From a bacterium (GTDB taxonomy: Bacteria; Patescibacteriota; Microgenomatia; Daviesbacterales; UBA10151), in the NCBI GenBank assembly GCA_021786105.1, contig JAJYNW010000005.1:32001-96000 (forward strand): a stretch of DNA of 64,000 nucleotides. The letters run 5' to 3'. The translations under genes and the position numbers were made by a program. Shown here piece by piece: positions 18,968 to 28,858 of this stretch (position 1 is its first letter; every line of letters starts with the position of its first letter). The notes under the pieces were generated by a model. It made no database searches, was not told where the DNA came from, and saw only the letters and a list, made by a program, of their open reading frames with translations.

Positions 18968-19984
18968 ATGGCAAAGAAGAAACGGGCACTTATTACAGGC
19001 ATTACCGGACAAGACGGTTCCTACTTAACTGAGTTTTTGCTCGATAAAGGCTACGAAGTTGCAGGTTTGGTGAGAAGGACCATTACTAATGACCTCGGTA
19101 ATTCCAAACATCTCAAAGATGAAATTCTCGTTTATTATGGTGACCTCCAAGCTCCGGAATCAATAGCTTTAGCAATCTATGACTTTAAACCGGATGAGAT
19201 TTATAACTTAGCGGCGCAGTCTTCGCCAATGGCTTCGTTTAAGGACAAGTTAGGGACAATGGCAATTACCGGAACCGGAGCGGTGCATGTTTTTGACCGG
19301 GCTAAAGATATTGTTCCCAATGCTAAGATTTACCAAGCTTCTACCTCTGAGATGTTTGGTGCACCTCCTTGTGTACCGCAAAATGAAGAGACACCTCTAT
19401 CTCCGGCTAATCCTTATGCTGCAGCAAAACTTTATGCCCACCAAATGGCGAAGATTTCCCGGGTCGATAAAAACGATCCCCAATTTATCGCCTGTGGAAT
19501 ATTGTTTAACCATGAAAGTCCGCGACGTGGTATTAACTTTGTGACCAGGAAAATTACAGCCGCCGTTGCCTGTATTAAAAACGGCAAAACGGAAGGCATT
19601 CCTTTAAATGAATGGGGTGAGCCGATTGTCCAAAACGGAAAATTGAAGTTGGGTTACTTGGGTTCCAAGAGGGATTGGGGGTATTCCCCGGATTATGTCC
19701 AGGCAATGTGGCTGATGTTGCAGCAAGATAAACCGGATGATTTTATTGTGGCTACGGGAGAAGTCCATACAGTAGAAGATTTTTGCCGGGAAGCTTTTGC
19801 TGAAGTGGGGTTGGATTACAAGGATTATGTTGTTACTGACCCCAGTTTTATTCCTCCGGTAGAGACAGGGCCGCTTTGTGGGGATTACTCAAAAGCCAAA
19901 AAGGTTTTAGGCTGGAAACCAAAAACGACTTTTACGGAGTTGGTAAAAATTATGGTCCACTCCGATCTAGCTAAATTTTCCTAA
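18968..19984 (+). CDS. gmd: GDP-mannose 4,6-dehydratase (divergent)
   Basis: GITGQDGSYL, QASTSEMFG, PYAAAK, GILFNHESPRRG, RDWG. Confidence 0.88.
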   Translation: MAKKKRALITGITGQDGSYLTEFLLDKGYEVAGLVRRTITNDLGNSKHLKDEILVYYGDLQAPESIALAIYDFKPDEIYNLAAQSSPMASFKDKLGTMAITGTGAVHVFDRAKDIVPNAKIYQASTSEMFGAPPCVPQNEETPLSPANPYAAAKLYAHQMAKISRVDKNDPQFIACGILFNHESPRRGINFVTRKITAAVACIKNGKTEGIPLNEWGEPIVQNGKLKLGYLGSKRDWGYSPDYVQAMWLMLQQDKPDDFIVATGEVHTVEDFCREAFAEVGLDYKDYVVTDPSFIPPVETGPLCGDYSKAKKVLGWKPKTTFTELVKIMVHSDLAKFS

Positions 19985-19994
19985 GATCCCCACA

Positions 19995-20023
19995 TTGTCA
20001 AATTATTTCAGGTTAGTTACAAT
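19995..20023 (+). promoter_or_regulatory. Internal promoter for the GT2-GtrA gene
   Basis: TTGTCA-N17-TACAAT; ATG 9 nt downstream. Confidence 0.6.
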
Positions 20024-20032
20024 CAACCAGTA

Positions 20033-21220
20033 ATGCCAAAGAAAAAAGTTGTCGTTTTGTTGCCGACTTATAACGAAAAGAATAATGTTGAGAAAGCAGC
20101 TAATGCAGTTCTTGCTCAAGAGAAAAATTTGCCGGGATGGGAAATAGAGGTTTTAATTTCTGATAGTAAATCCCCGGATGGGACGGGAGAGGTAGCTGCG
20201 CAACTTGCCAAAAAGAATCCCAAAATTCACTACCTTTCTACGGGTCGAGGTTTAGGTGTAGGTTTAATTGAAGGACATACTTATGCGGTTAAAAACTTAC
20301 ATCCGGATATCTTAGCCCAAATGGATGCTGACGGCCAGGTAGGTTGGGATGTGTTACCAAGATTGGTTAAAGCTATTGAGGAAGGTTATAATCTGGCTTT
20401 AGGATCTCGGTTTGTTTCCGGGGGGGCTAATAAACTATCCCCCATGCGCAGGTTATTTTCAGCCGGGTCTTCTTGGGTCAGCCGGATTTTGATTGGTCCT
20501 TTTGATGTTAAAGAGGTCACTAACTCTGCCCGAGCCTTTACTCCTGAATTATTCAAAAAAATCAACTTAGAAAGGCTTCCCTGGAAGGAACAAACTTTTA
20601 TTGTCCAACCGGCATTTTTGCATGAGGCGGTCATAGCCGGGGCCAAATATAAAGAGGTGCCGCTGGTTTTTGGTGATCGGGCGGAAGGGTATTCGAAAAA
20701 CAAGGTTCTCAACTACACCTATGATGTTATAACTTACGCTGTTGATGCCAGGTTGCATGCTTGGGGAATTAACATCCCTTTTTTCAAGGTGACCAGGAAA
20801 GCTAAAACTTTAATAAAGTTTAGTTTGGTGGGGTTGTTAGGAACTTTCGTCGACTTCTTCTTTTATAAATTATTTATCGGCAGTTTTAATATTCCTCCGG
20901 CTACTTCCAAAGGCATGTCAGCGGAATTAGCCATCATGAACAACTTTTTCTTTAATAATTTTTGGACTTTCCGCTCACGAAAAACCAATACTAACACTTG
21001 GCAAAGATTGGGAATGTTTAATCTTTTTAGTTTGGGAGGGTTGGTAATGGGGGTGCTCATAGTTAAATTCCTGCATACGTTATATGGAGATGGTTTTGCA
21101 ACTGTAGGAAATTTTAAGGTGGCATACAATAACTTTTATTTCTTTGCCACCATCCCTCCGGTTTTAGTTTGGAACTTTACCATAAATCATTTTATTACCT
21201 GGAAAAAACAAAAAGACTGA
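20033..21220 (+). CDS. DPM1-like polyprenyl-phosphate glycosyltransferase (GT2) fused to a GtrA-like flippase domain
   Basis: PTYNE, SPDGT, MDADG, GSRF, then KFSLVG...NNFFFNNFWTF...WNFTINHFITW (GtrA pattern). Confidence 0.88.
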   Translation: MPKKKVVVLLPTYNEKNNVEKAANAVLAQEKNLPGWEIEVLISDSKSPDGTGEVAAQLAKKNPKIHYLSTGRGLGVGLIEGHTYAVKNLHPDILAQMDADGQVGWDVLPRLVKAIEEGYNLALGSRFVSGGANKLSPMRRLFSAGSSWVSRILIGPFDVKEVTNSARAFTPELFKKINLERLPWKEQTFIVQPAFLHEAVIAGAKYKEVPLVFGDRAEGYSKNKVLNYTYDVITYAVDARLHAWGINIPFFKVTRKAKTLIKFSLVGLLGTFVDFFFYKLFIGSFNIPPATSKGMSAELAIMNNFFFNNFWTFRSRKTNTNTWQRLGMFNLFSLGGLVMGVLIVKFLHTLYGDGFATVGNFKVAYNNFYFFATIPPVLVWNFTINHFITWKKQKD

Positions 21221-21469
21221 TTAAAGATTTGTAAATATTCGGACTAAGGCAAAAAACGCGATTGCTACCCAAATAATGTTAAGTACTGCTGGCTGGTAGT
21301 TTCTCTTATAAAATGAAATAGCTATAATTCCGATTGCTCCGGTTAGGTTAAGGAGTTGATATAAAATAGTATTTGAATTTAGCAAGGACCAACTTACAAG
21401 TGCGTAAGACCCAACGATTGCTGCAGTCCCATACCAGCCAAAAATTTCAATTAGTTGCTTTTTTGCCAT
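21221..21469 (-). CDS. Small 3-TM membrane protein (CBU_0592-like)
   Basis: GWYG...SYAL...YQLLNLTG...LNIIW; start at MAKKQ (21469), just downstream of the 21474 gene. Confidence 0.65.
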   Translation of the reverse strand: MAKKQLIEIFGWYGTAAIVGSYALVSWSLLNSNTILYQLLNLTGAIGIIAISFYKRNYQPAVLNIIWVAIAFFALVRIFTNL

Positions 21470-21473
21470 ATTC

Positions 21474-22658
21474 TTAATTGAAAATTTGTGGGTTGGGGAA
21501 AGGCGCGGTGTTAGCCAAAATGAAATTTTGGGCATAAAGATAAATTGCCAAGGTAATAATTACTAAGACTATTTTAAACTCCTTGGAAGTAAGGTATCTC
21601 TCGAAAGCGATTAAGACAAAAGGAAAGATTGGTAAAACATAACGGCTGACATCCCGGTGGGCAACAAAAGTAGTCGCCCCAAGATAAGTGAGAGTGAAGA
21701 AAGCTAGGGGATAAAGCTTCTTCTTAAAAAGCGCTATTCCTCCGGCAAACCCTAAAAGAAGGATATAAACTATGTCTTCCAGCCACATACTTCCGACCCA
21801 GAATTGGTTTTTATTAAAGACTTGGTAAGGGGGGAAGGTAAGGTGAATATTGTCTCCGCTATGAAAGTAAGCGAAAAAATCTCCGTAGCTTATGGAATAC
21901 CAATAAAATATCCCCAATAGTGTTAAAGGGGCAAGGATTAAAGGGAAATAGGAAATTTTTAAGGAGATAATGCGCGGAAAAATATTATTCCATCCACCCT
22001 TAGCAAGTTTCCAAAGCAGATAGAGCGCTAAAGAGATAAACAACAAAATTCCGGGGGGCCGGGTAATTTGAGCACCTAACCCGGAAATTCCTGCCAAAAC
22101 AATAAATAAATAATTCTTTTTATCCTCATATTTCATAAAGAAGTATAAAGTGAGAATGGTAAAGAAAATAAACATTGGCTCAGCAGAGCCAACCGTATGG
22201 ACCACCAACCAACGGGCCGGAAGAATTAAAAAGACAACGCTCAAAAACAGCGGGTGTTCGCTAAGCTTAAAATCCCGAACCAGAAAATAGAAAGTAATTG
22301 CCGAAAGAACGGTAAAGCCTACAGCCACAAAAATCATTGATTTTAAAAAGCCCAAAATTGGGGCAAAAACTAGAATTGAAAGGGCATATCCGGGGAAATG
22401 AGCGGCAAAATAACCAGCTGGCATTGACTGGGGTAGGGTGGCAAAGGCTGGGGGACTATAAAGAGTTTTGGCGATCATGACATATTCCAGCCCGTCAAAA
22501 TTCCTATAGATTGTGTTGAACCCTTCAGAGAAATTTAATCCATAAAAATTAGGGATTCTCAGGATATGAGGAAGCCAAACTAATAAAGTAATACCTAATG
22601 TTGCCAGTATAATTATAGAAATATCTATGAAGGTCTTCTTCGAGGTAGAAGTTTCCAT
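21474..22658 (-). CDS. GT-C glycosyltransferase, PIG-V-like
   Basis: Multi-TM; NFDGLEYVMIA first-loop Asp, FPGY, AEPMF, TRPPG, RY near the C-terminus. Confidence 0.7.
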   Translation of the reverse strand: METSTSKKTFIDISIIILATLGITLLVWLPHILRIPNFYGLNFSEGFNTIYRNFDGLEYVMIAKTLYSPPAFATLPQSMPAGYFAAHFPGYALSILVFAPILGFLKSMIFVAVGFTVLSAITFYFLVRDFKLSEHPLFLSVVFLILPARWLVVHTVGSAEPMFIFFTILTLYFFMKYEDKKNYLFIVLAGISGLGAQITRPPGILLFISLALYLLWKLAKGGWNNIFPRIISLKISYFPLILAPLTLLGIFYWYSISYGDFFAYFHSGDNIHLTFPPYQVFNKNQFWVGSMWLEDIVYILLLGFAGGIALFKKKLYPLAFFTLTYLGATTFVAHRDVSRYVLPIFPFVLIAFERYLTSKEFKIVLVIITLAIYLYAQNFILANTAPFPNPQIFN

Positions 22659-22686
22659 ATTCTAGGTTTAATGTTACCATACAACT

Positions 22687-23382
22687 ATGTCAGTGGACAG
22701 GTTATCAGTTTTTTTCCCGGCTTATAACGAAGAACAGAATATTGCCTTAACGGTTGAACAGGCATTAAAGGTTTTAAAAACTCTTGGGCTAAAAAACTAT
22801 GAAGTGATCATTGTGGATGATGGTTCCAGGGATGACACAGGTAAAATCGCTGATGAGCTTGCTGTAGAATATCCCGAAGTAAAGGTGGTTCATCAGAAGA
22901 ATCGTGGTTACGGCGGAGCGTTAAAAACCGGGTTTGAAAATTCAAAATATGAATGGGTAGCATTTGCTGATTCTGATGGACAGTTTGACTTTACGGATAT
23001 CACCAAGTTTTTGAATGAAGCTGATCGAGGAGACCTAATAGTGGGGTACCGCATTAAAAGGGCAGATTCTACGCTCCGGAAAATTACTACGTTTGGATGG
23101 AAAACAATCGCTAGAATTTTGATGGGTCTTAATGTCAGAGATTATTCATGTGGCTTCAAATTAATTAAAAAAGAAGTTTATGAAGCTGTTCTTCCTTTGG
23201 TTGGGGAAGAAAAAGTAACCCAGATTGAAATGTTGGTCAAAGCTAAGAGGCTTGGATTTAAGTTTGTGGAAGTCGGAGTACCTCATTATCCTCGAAAATT
23301 TGGTATCCAAACCGGGGCCAATTTGAAGGTTGTGCTAAAGAGTATCTCTGACCTTTTTAAACTCTGGTGGAAAATCCGTTAA
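22687..23382 (+). CDS. GT2 polyprenyl-phosphate sugar synthase (DPM/DPG-like)
   Basis: PAYNEE, DDGSRD, NRGYGGA, DSDGQ, DYSCGFKL. Confidence 0.88.
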   Translation: MSVDRLSVFFPAYNEEQNIALTVEQALKVLKTLGLKNYEVIIVDDGSRDDTGKIADELAVEYPEVKVVHQKNRGYGGALKTGFENSKYEWVAFADSDGQFDFTDITKFLNEADRGDLIVGYRIKRADSTLRKITTFGWKTIARILMGLNVRDYSCGFKLIKKEVYEAVLPLVGEEKVTQIEMLVKAKRLGFKFVEVGVPHYPRKFGIQTGANLKVVLKSISDLFKLWWKIR

Positions 23383-23383
23383 G

Positions 23384-24892
23384 ATGAAGCCTTTTATTGC
23401 TTGGGTTAGGAAAAATCGTTTAGAAGTAGCAATTATTGTGCTAATTTTTTTCATGGCTGCATTCATGCGGTTTTACAATCTATCCGGCTACATGACTTTT
23501 TTGGGAGATGAGGGTCGGGATGCAATCATAATAAAACAGATTTTGGTGGACCATAATCTACCATTTATTGGGCCTCCGACATCGGTGGGGAACATCTACC
23601 TTGGTCCTTTTTATTACTACATGATGGCGGTATCGGAGACTTTCTTTTGGTTAAATCCGGTGGCAGCAGCGGGAATGGTGGCGGGGATCGGCGTAGCGAC
23701 AGTATTTTTAGTCTATTATCTGGCTCGACGCTGGTTTGGGTTTTTACCAGCTGTACTCGCAGCATCGCTTTACGCTATTTCGCCGATAAATATCATCTAT
23801 TCCCGTTCTTCCTGGAACCCCGATCCGGCACCGTTTTTTGCACTACTAGCTATCTTAGGAATCTATCAAGCCCGGGAGAGCCGGAATTTCCGCTGGTTTA
23901 TCTTAACCGGGGTAAGTCTGGCGGCAGCTTTACAGATGCATTATCTGGCGATGATTTTGATCCCGATATTGGGTTTACTATGGCTGTATGAATTAGTAGT
24001 TACCAAGACCAAAAATTATAGAAATTTCTGGACCAGTACTTTAGGAGCAGTTCTTGCCTTTATCTTAATTATGCTTCCACTGGTGCTTTTTGATTTCAAA
24101 CACAATTTCCTTAATTTCAAAGCAATGACGTCATTATTTTTTGGTGGAGGGAATTCTGTCGGGTTTAGTTTTTCCTCAACTTTAGGCCGGGTCCCTGCTA
24201 TTTTTAATAACTTGTTAATTGAGAGGTATATTGGAGGGCAGACTGATTTTATTGGATATACTGTCTCGGTATTAGTGCTGCTTACTTTAGGGTTTGCCAT
24301 TTGGAAGAAGTTTACTAAAGAGAGGGTTAGTTGGCCCTATTTTGCCTTAGGAACTTGGTTGGTGCTAGGAATTATAGGGATCTCTCTTTACCGCCAGCAG
24401 ATCTATGACCATTACTTGGGTTTTGTAAATCCTGCTCCATTTTTACTTCTCGGGGGATTGGTTAGCTTTCTAAAAGGAAGGAAGCAACTGGCTTTAATGT
24501 TGGTGCTTTTGCTAACTTTGGGGATATTCAATATTGCCAAATCTCCGCTGCAATATTCACCCAACAATCAGCTCCAAAGGACTCAAGAGATTGCCAAGTT
24601 TATAATCACTGAATCGGGAAATAAGCCGTTTAATTTTGCTCTTTTGGCGGAACATAACTATGATTCAGCCTACCAGTATTACTTAGATATTTATGGCCAC
24701 AAGCCAAAAGTTGTGCCTGATGAGATTACTGATCAGCTTTTTGTGGTTTGTGAAGATGTGGTTTGTAATCCTGTAGGCAGTCCAAAGTATGAAATAGCTG
24801 CCTTTGGTTGGGCAAAAGTAGAAAACAGATGGCAGGTGTTGGGAGTAAAAGTTTACAAATTGGTGCCTAATCCAACAGGTAAACCTTCCTGA
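23384..24892 (+). CDS. GT-C glycosyltransferase, ArnT/PMT-like
   Basis: Multi-TM; FLGDEGRD, GPFYYY, SRSSWNP. Confidence 0.8.
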   Translation: MKPFIAWVRKNRLEVAIIVLIFFMAAFMRFYNLSGYMTFLGDEGRDAIIIKQILVDHNLPFIGPPTSVGNIYLGPFYYYMMAVSETFFWLNPVAAAGMVAGIGVATVFLVYYLARRWFGFLPAVLAASLYAISPINIIYSRSSWNPDPAPFFALLAILGIYQARESRNFRWFILTGVSLAAALQMHYLAMILIPILGLLWLYELVVTKTKNYRNFWTSTLGAVLAFILIMLPLVLFDFKHNFLNFKAMTSLFFGGGNSVGFSFSSTLGRVPAIFNNLLIERYIGGQTDFIGYTVSVLVLLTLGFAIWKKFTKERVSWPYFALGTWLVLGIIGISLYRQQIYDHYLGFVNPAPFLLLGGLVSFLKGRKQLALMLVLLLTLGIFNIAKSPLQYSPNNQLQRTQEIAKFIITESGNKPFNFALLAEHNYDSAYQYYLDIYGHKPKVVPDEITDQLFVVCEDVVCNPVGSPKYEIAAFGWAKVENRWQVLGVKVYKLVPNPTGKPS

Positions 24893-24916
24893 AGTTGTGT
24901 ATAATAAAAGTTAAGA

Positions 24917-25663
24917 ATGAGTAATCCCAAATTATCAGTTATTATTCCCGCTTATAATGCTGCAGAAGACTTAAAACGGGGAATATTAGATGATGTGGCC
25001 AAATACCTAGCGAAGCAGGGTTACCCCTCCGAAGTGTTAATTGTCAATGACGGTTCATCTGACCAAACCGCAGAAATTGTTAAGAAAAATATCGCTGATA
25101 AGAAAAGTTTCCGGTTGATCGATAATCCACATAAAGGAAAAGCGGTGACGGTAATGACCGGGCTTTTAGAAAGCTGTGGGGAGATTGCGGTTTTTACCGA
25201 TGTTGACCAGTCCACTCCGCTTCCTGAAATTGAGAAATTTTTTCCTAAATTTGAGCAAGGGTTTGATATTGTAATTGGTTCCAGATCAGGAAGGTCAGGA
25301 TCTCCTTTTATTCGGAAGATTGCAACTTTGGGATTTTCAATCTTAAGAACAGTTATTTTAGGTTTGAATATCTCCGATACCCAATGTGGGTTTAAAGCTT
25401 TTGACAGAAAAGCTATAGAACAAATTTTCCCTCCACTGCTTAAAAAATACCAAGAGGTAAATGTTTCGGGGCGGGCTTTAAATGCTGATTTTGATGCGGG
25501 ATTTTTGTTTTTAGCCGGAAAGAAAGGCTTAAAAATTGCCGAAGTTAAAGTTGATTGGCATGATGAAAATCCGGAATCCGCTAATCTGGTTAAAAACGCT
25601 ATTGATACTATCAAAGGGATGATCAGAATTCGGGTTAGTGATTTCCGGGGAGAGTATGCTTAA
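24917..25663 (+). CDS. GT2 ALG5-like polyprenyl-phosphate beta-glycosyltransferase
   Basis: PAYN, NDGS, GKAV, DVDQST, GSR, DTQCGFKAF. Confidence 0.88.
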   Translation: MSNPKLSVIIPAYNAAEDLKRGILDDVAKYLAKQGYPSEVLIVNDGSSDQTAEIVKKNIADKKSFRLIDNPHKGKAVTVMTGLLESCGEIAVFTDVDQSTPLPEIEKFFPKFEQGFDIVIGSRSGRSGSPFIRKIATLGFSILRTVILGLNISDTQCGFKAFDRKAIEQIFPPLLKKYQEVNVSGRALNADFDAGFLFLAGKKGLKIAEVKVDWHDENPESANLVKNAIDTIKGMIRIRVSDFRGEYA

Positions 25664-27206
25664 TCTATTAAAAACTCGCAAAGTGGAGTGCCTATCCTTA
25701 ATCCTTTTAATAGGACTTTATTTTGTTTTAAGACTACCACATTTAACTTTGCAGCCGATTTTTGCTGACGAGGCAATCTATATTCGCTGGGCCCAAGTGA
25801 TGGTAGCAGAACCAACCCTTCGATTTTTACCCGTTACTGATGGCAAAACACCACTTTTTATGTGGATCATGATGCCTTCATTCAAGTTTTTCGTTGACCC
25901 ACTACTAACCGGGAGGATTTTGTCTGTTTTTGCCGGAGCTGCTACTTTGGCGGGAGTGTTCTTTTTAGGGTGGAAGTTTTTCAACTTGAGAAGTGGTTTG
26001 TGGGCAGCCCTTCTTGTTGCCGTTACCCCATTTATAGTTTTTTTTGACCGTTTGGCTTTGGTGGATTCCATGTTGGCAGCTTTTTCGCTTTGGGCGTTAA
26101 TTTTGGGTTTATTGGTTGTGAAATATTTACGGGTAGATTTAGCAATGTGTTTAGGGTACGCCTTGGGGGGTGCGTTACTAACTAAAACTCCAGCAATGTT
26201 TAATTTCATTGCCCTCCCTTTCACTATTTTAACTACGAATTTTTCTCGGGTCGGTAGAGAAAAAAGGTTCTTAAAGATATTGTTGCTGTGGATTTTAGCA
26301 GTTGGCATTGCTCTGGTAATGTATAATTTTTTAAGGCTTGGACCGAGTTTTGAAAAACTTAATGCCAGGAATCAAGATTACGTTTTTTCCCCATTGGAGC
26401 TTGTTGGGAGGCCATTGGATCCTTTTATCCCTCACTTCCATGATGTTACTGAATTTTTCTCCAAATTAGTGGGAATAGTTGGGTCCTTGTTTGTAATTTT
26501 AGGAGTTATTTTGGCTATTGTTAAGAGAAACCGTGTGGGGTTGGTTATTTTGATTTGGAGTTTAATTCCGCTTTTAATCGAGATGGCTTTCCTAAAGACA
26601 TTTACTGCAAGGTATATTCTCTCTTCTATTGCCCCGCTTCTTATTTTAGCTGGATGGGGAATTTCCGAGATTGAGAAATTGATGACTGCAAGAATAAAAA
26701 ATAAAGTATTGCCCGCACTAGCTCTTTTTATAGTAATTGTTTTTTACCCGTTGTCTTTTGATTACTTATTGATAACTGCTCCTGCTCAGGCGGCAGTTCC
26801 GGTGAACGACCATAAAGGTTATTTTGAGGAATGGACTGCAGGTTATGGGTTTCCTGAGATTGCTCAATTTTTAATTGGGAAAGCCCAGAACGGTCCGGTT
26901 ATAGTTTTGACGGAGGGATTTTTTGGGACGCTTCCGGATGGATTGGAAATTTACCTGGAAAAGTATATCCATCAAGCGCCGAAAGGACATGAGATTGTAG
27001 TAAAAGGTACAGGCGGCATCAAGATTCCTGAAGATATAAGAAAAACAGCATTGACTAGTCAAGTGTATTTTGTTGCCAACCGTTCCCGGTTAGACCCTCT
27101 TCCGCCGGGGGTTGAATTAATTAAGGAATTCCCTAAAAATAAAACTTATATTAATTCACAGGAAGCGATCTTTCTTTTTAAAGTTTTGCCGGAGGTTAAA
27201 AAATGA
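25656..27206 (+). CDS. GT-C glycosyltransferase, ArnT/PMT-like
   Basis: IFADEAIYIRWA, DGKTPLF, DRLALVDS; start moved to ATG 25656. Confidence 0.8.
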   Translation: MLNLLKTRKVECLSLILLIGLYFVLRLPHLTLQPIFADEAIYIRWAQVMVAEPTLRFLPVTDGKTPLFMWIMMPSFKFFVDPLLTGRILSVFAGAATLAGVFFLGWKFFNLRSGLWAALLVAVTPFIVFFDRLALVDSMLAAFSLWALILGLLVVKYLRVDLAMCLGYALGGALLTKTPAMFNFIALPFTILTTNFSRVGREKRFLKILLLWILAVGIALVMYNFLRLGPSFEKLNARNQDYVFSPLELVGRPLDPFIPHFHDVTEFFSKLVGIVGSLFVILGVILAIVKRNRVGLVILIWSLIPLLIEMAFLKTFTARYILSSIAPLLILAGWGISEIEKLMTARIKNKVLPALALFIVIVFYPLSFDYLLITAPAQAAVPVNDHKGYFEEWTAGYGFPEIAQFLIGKAQNGPVIVLTEGFFGTLPDGLEIYLEKYIHQAPKGHEIVVKGTGGIKIPEDIRKTALTSQVYFVANRSRLDPLPPGVELIKEFPKNKTYINSQEAIFLFKVLPEVKK

Positions 27207-28858
27207 ACCTAATAAAAAAAATTACCTGGGTTTTTTTAATAATTTTGGTTTCCATACCGGCGTTATTACCTTTAACTAGGCAAGGATTCTTCCCTACCCA
27301 AGATTTTATTCATGTAGCCAGAATCTACGAGATGGACAAGGCTTTAAAGATAGGCCAGTTTCCAGTCAGGTGGGTTCCTGATTTTCGCTATGGTGAGCCA
27401 ACCTTTGATTTTTATGCCCCGCTCCCATTCTATCTAGGATCATTAATTCACAACCTGAACTTTAGTTTCCTGGATACAACCAAAATTCTTTTCGGTTTAA
27501 GTTTCCTGCTCTCCGGTTTGGCGATGTACCTCCTGTCAAAGGAATTTTTCGGAAAGGTCGGTGGACTTATCTCAGCAACTTTATATATTTATGCGCCGTA
27601 TCATTCCGTAGATATCTATGTTCGGGGAGCCTTATCAGAATCACTCGCGCTAATATTTTTCCCGCTAATTTTTTTAACTGCATTCAGACTAACAAAAGAA
27701 GTTAATACTAAAAATATTGCCTTGACTGCACTATCTTTTGGCGGGCTTTTCCTGACACACAACGTTATGACTGTGCTTTTCACCCCTTTTGCTTTGGGCT
27801 GGTTAGCATTTTTGGTTTGGAGGGAGAGGAACTTAAAGTTAATAAAACCTTTTGGAGTTTCACTTTTGCTTGGCGCAGGCCTTGCCGCAACATTTATGCT
27901 GCCGGCATTTTTTGAAAAGAATTTAGTCCAGTCGGATAAGATGATTACCGGATACTTTGATTATCGCGGCCATTTCGTGGAAATTAAACAGTTCTTTTCG
28001 ACATTTTGGGGATATGGGGCATCTTTGTGGGGTCCTGAAGACGGTATGTCTTTTCAGGTGGGGCTTGTCCATTGGGCCGTTTTTGGTTTGTCCCTTATTA
28101 CCTCTTTTGTATTCTTTAAAAACAAAAAACAACTCTACTTAATTTTGGCTTTGGCTGCAGCCTTCTTGTTTTCATTATTTATGCAGCACAATAAGTCCAC
28201 CCCTATCTGGACCCACCTTTCACTTTTGGCTTACACCCAATTTCCCTGGAGGTTCTTGGGAATTTCGATATTCCTGGTTTCTTTTATTGGTGGGGTATTA
28301 GGAACTGTCTTTAAAAAGAAGTTGGTTATCCTGGCGTTAGTCTTAATCGTTGCAACTGTTTACTTTAATATAAACTTTTTCCACCCGGAGTCATATTATT
28401 TGGATTCCATAGATGCTCATTATGTAGGCCCGGAAGTTTTGGCAAATGGTGATAAATTACCGAAGGATTATTTACCTATTTGGGTTCAGGATTTACAGAG
28501 AGACAGGATTATATTCCCCCATACAGTAGGAGGGGAGGCAATAATTTCTAATTATCAAAATAATTCAACTTCCGCGCAGTTTCAGGCAAAAGTAACCAAA
28601 GATGCGGACATTGAAGTACCTTTAACCTACTTTCCAGGATGGCAAGCTTCAGCAAACAATAAACCAGTCAATCTTGAAACTCCGGATAAATATGGGTTGA
28701 TTAGAATAAAATTGACACCAGGAGACTACAATGTAAAATTAACGTTCTTGGATACTCCAATAAGAAGTTTTGGCAATGCCTTATCCATTGTCTCTCTTGT
28801 GACAATTATCGGCTTGCTGGCTATGAAAAAGTTTAAATTTAAACCATGGTTAACCTAA
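27203..28858 (+). CDS. GT-C-type membrane protein ('PTPS-related' family with a YfhO-like C-terminus)
   Basis: QD..H..R.YEM, RWVPD, FYAPL, APYH..DIYVRGA..E, QFPWRFL, YFPGW. Confidence 0.75.
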   Translation: MNLIKKITWVFLIILVSIPALLPLTRQGFFPTQDFIHVARIYEMDKALKIGQFPVRWVPDFRYGEPTFDFYAPLPFYLGSLIHNLNFSFLDTTKILFGLSFLLSGLAMYLLSKEFFGKVGGLISATLYIYAPYHSVDIYVRGALSESLALIFFPLIFLTAFRLTKEVNTKNIALTALSFGGLFLTHNVMTVLFTPFALGWLAFLVWRERNLKLIKPFGVSLLLGAGLAATFMLPAFFEKNLVQSDKMITGYFDYRGHFVEIKQFFSTFWGYGASLWGPEDGMSFQVGLVHWAVFGLSLITSFVFFKNKKQLYLILALAAAFLFSLFMQHNKSTPIWTHLSLLAYTQFPWRFLGISIFLVSFIGGVLGTVFKKKLVILALVLIVATVYFNINFFHPESYYLDSIDAHYVGPEVLANGDKLPKDYLPIWVQDLQRDRIIFPHTVGGEAIISNYQNNSTSAQFQAKVTKDADIEVPLTYFPGWQASANNKPVNLETPDKYGLIRIKLTPGDYNVKLTFLDTPIRSFGNALSIVSLVTIIGLLAMKKFKFKPWLT

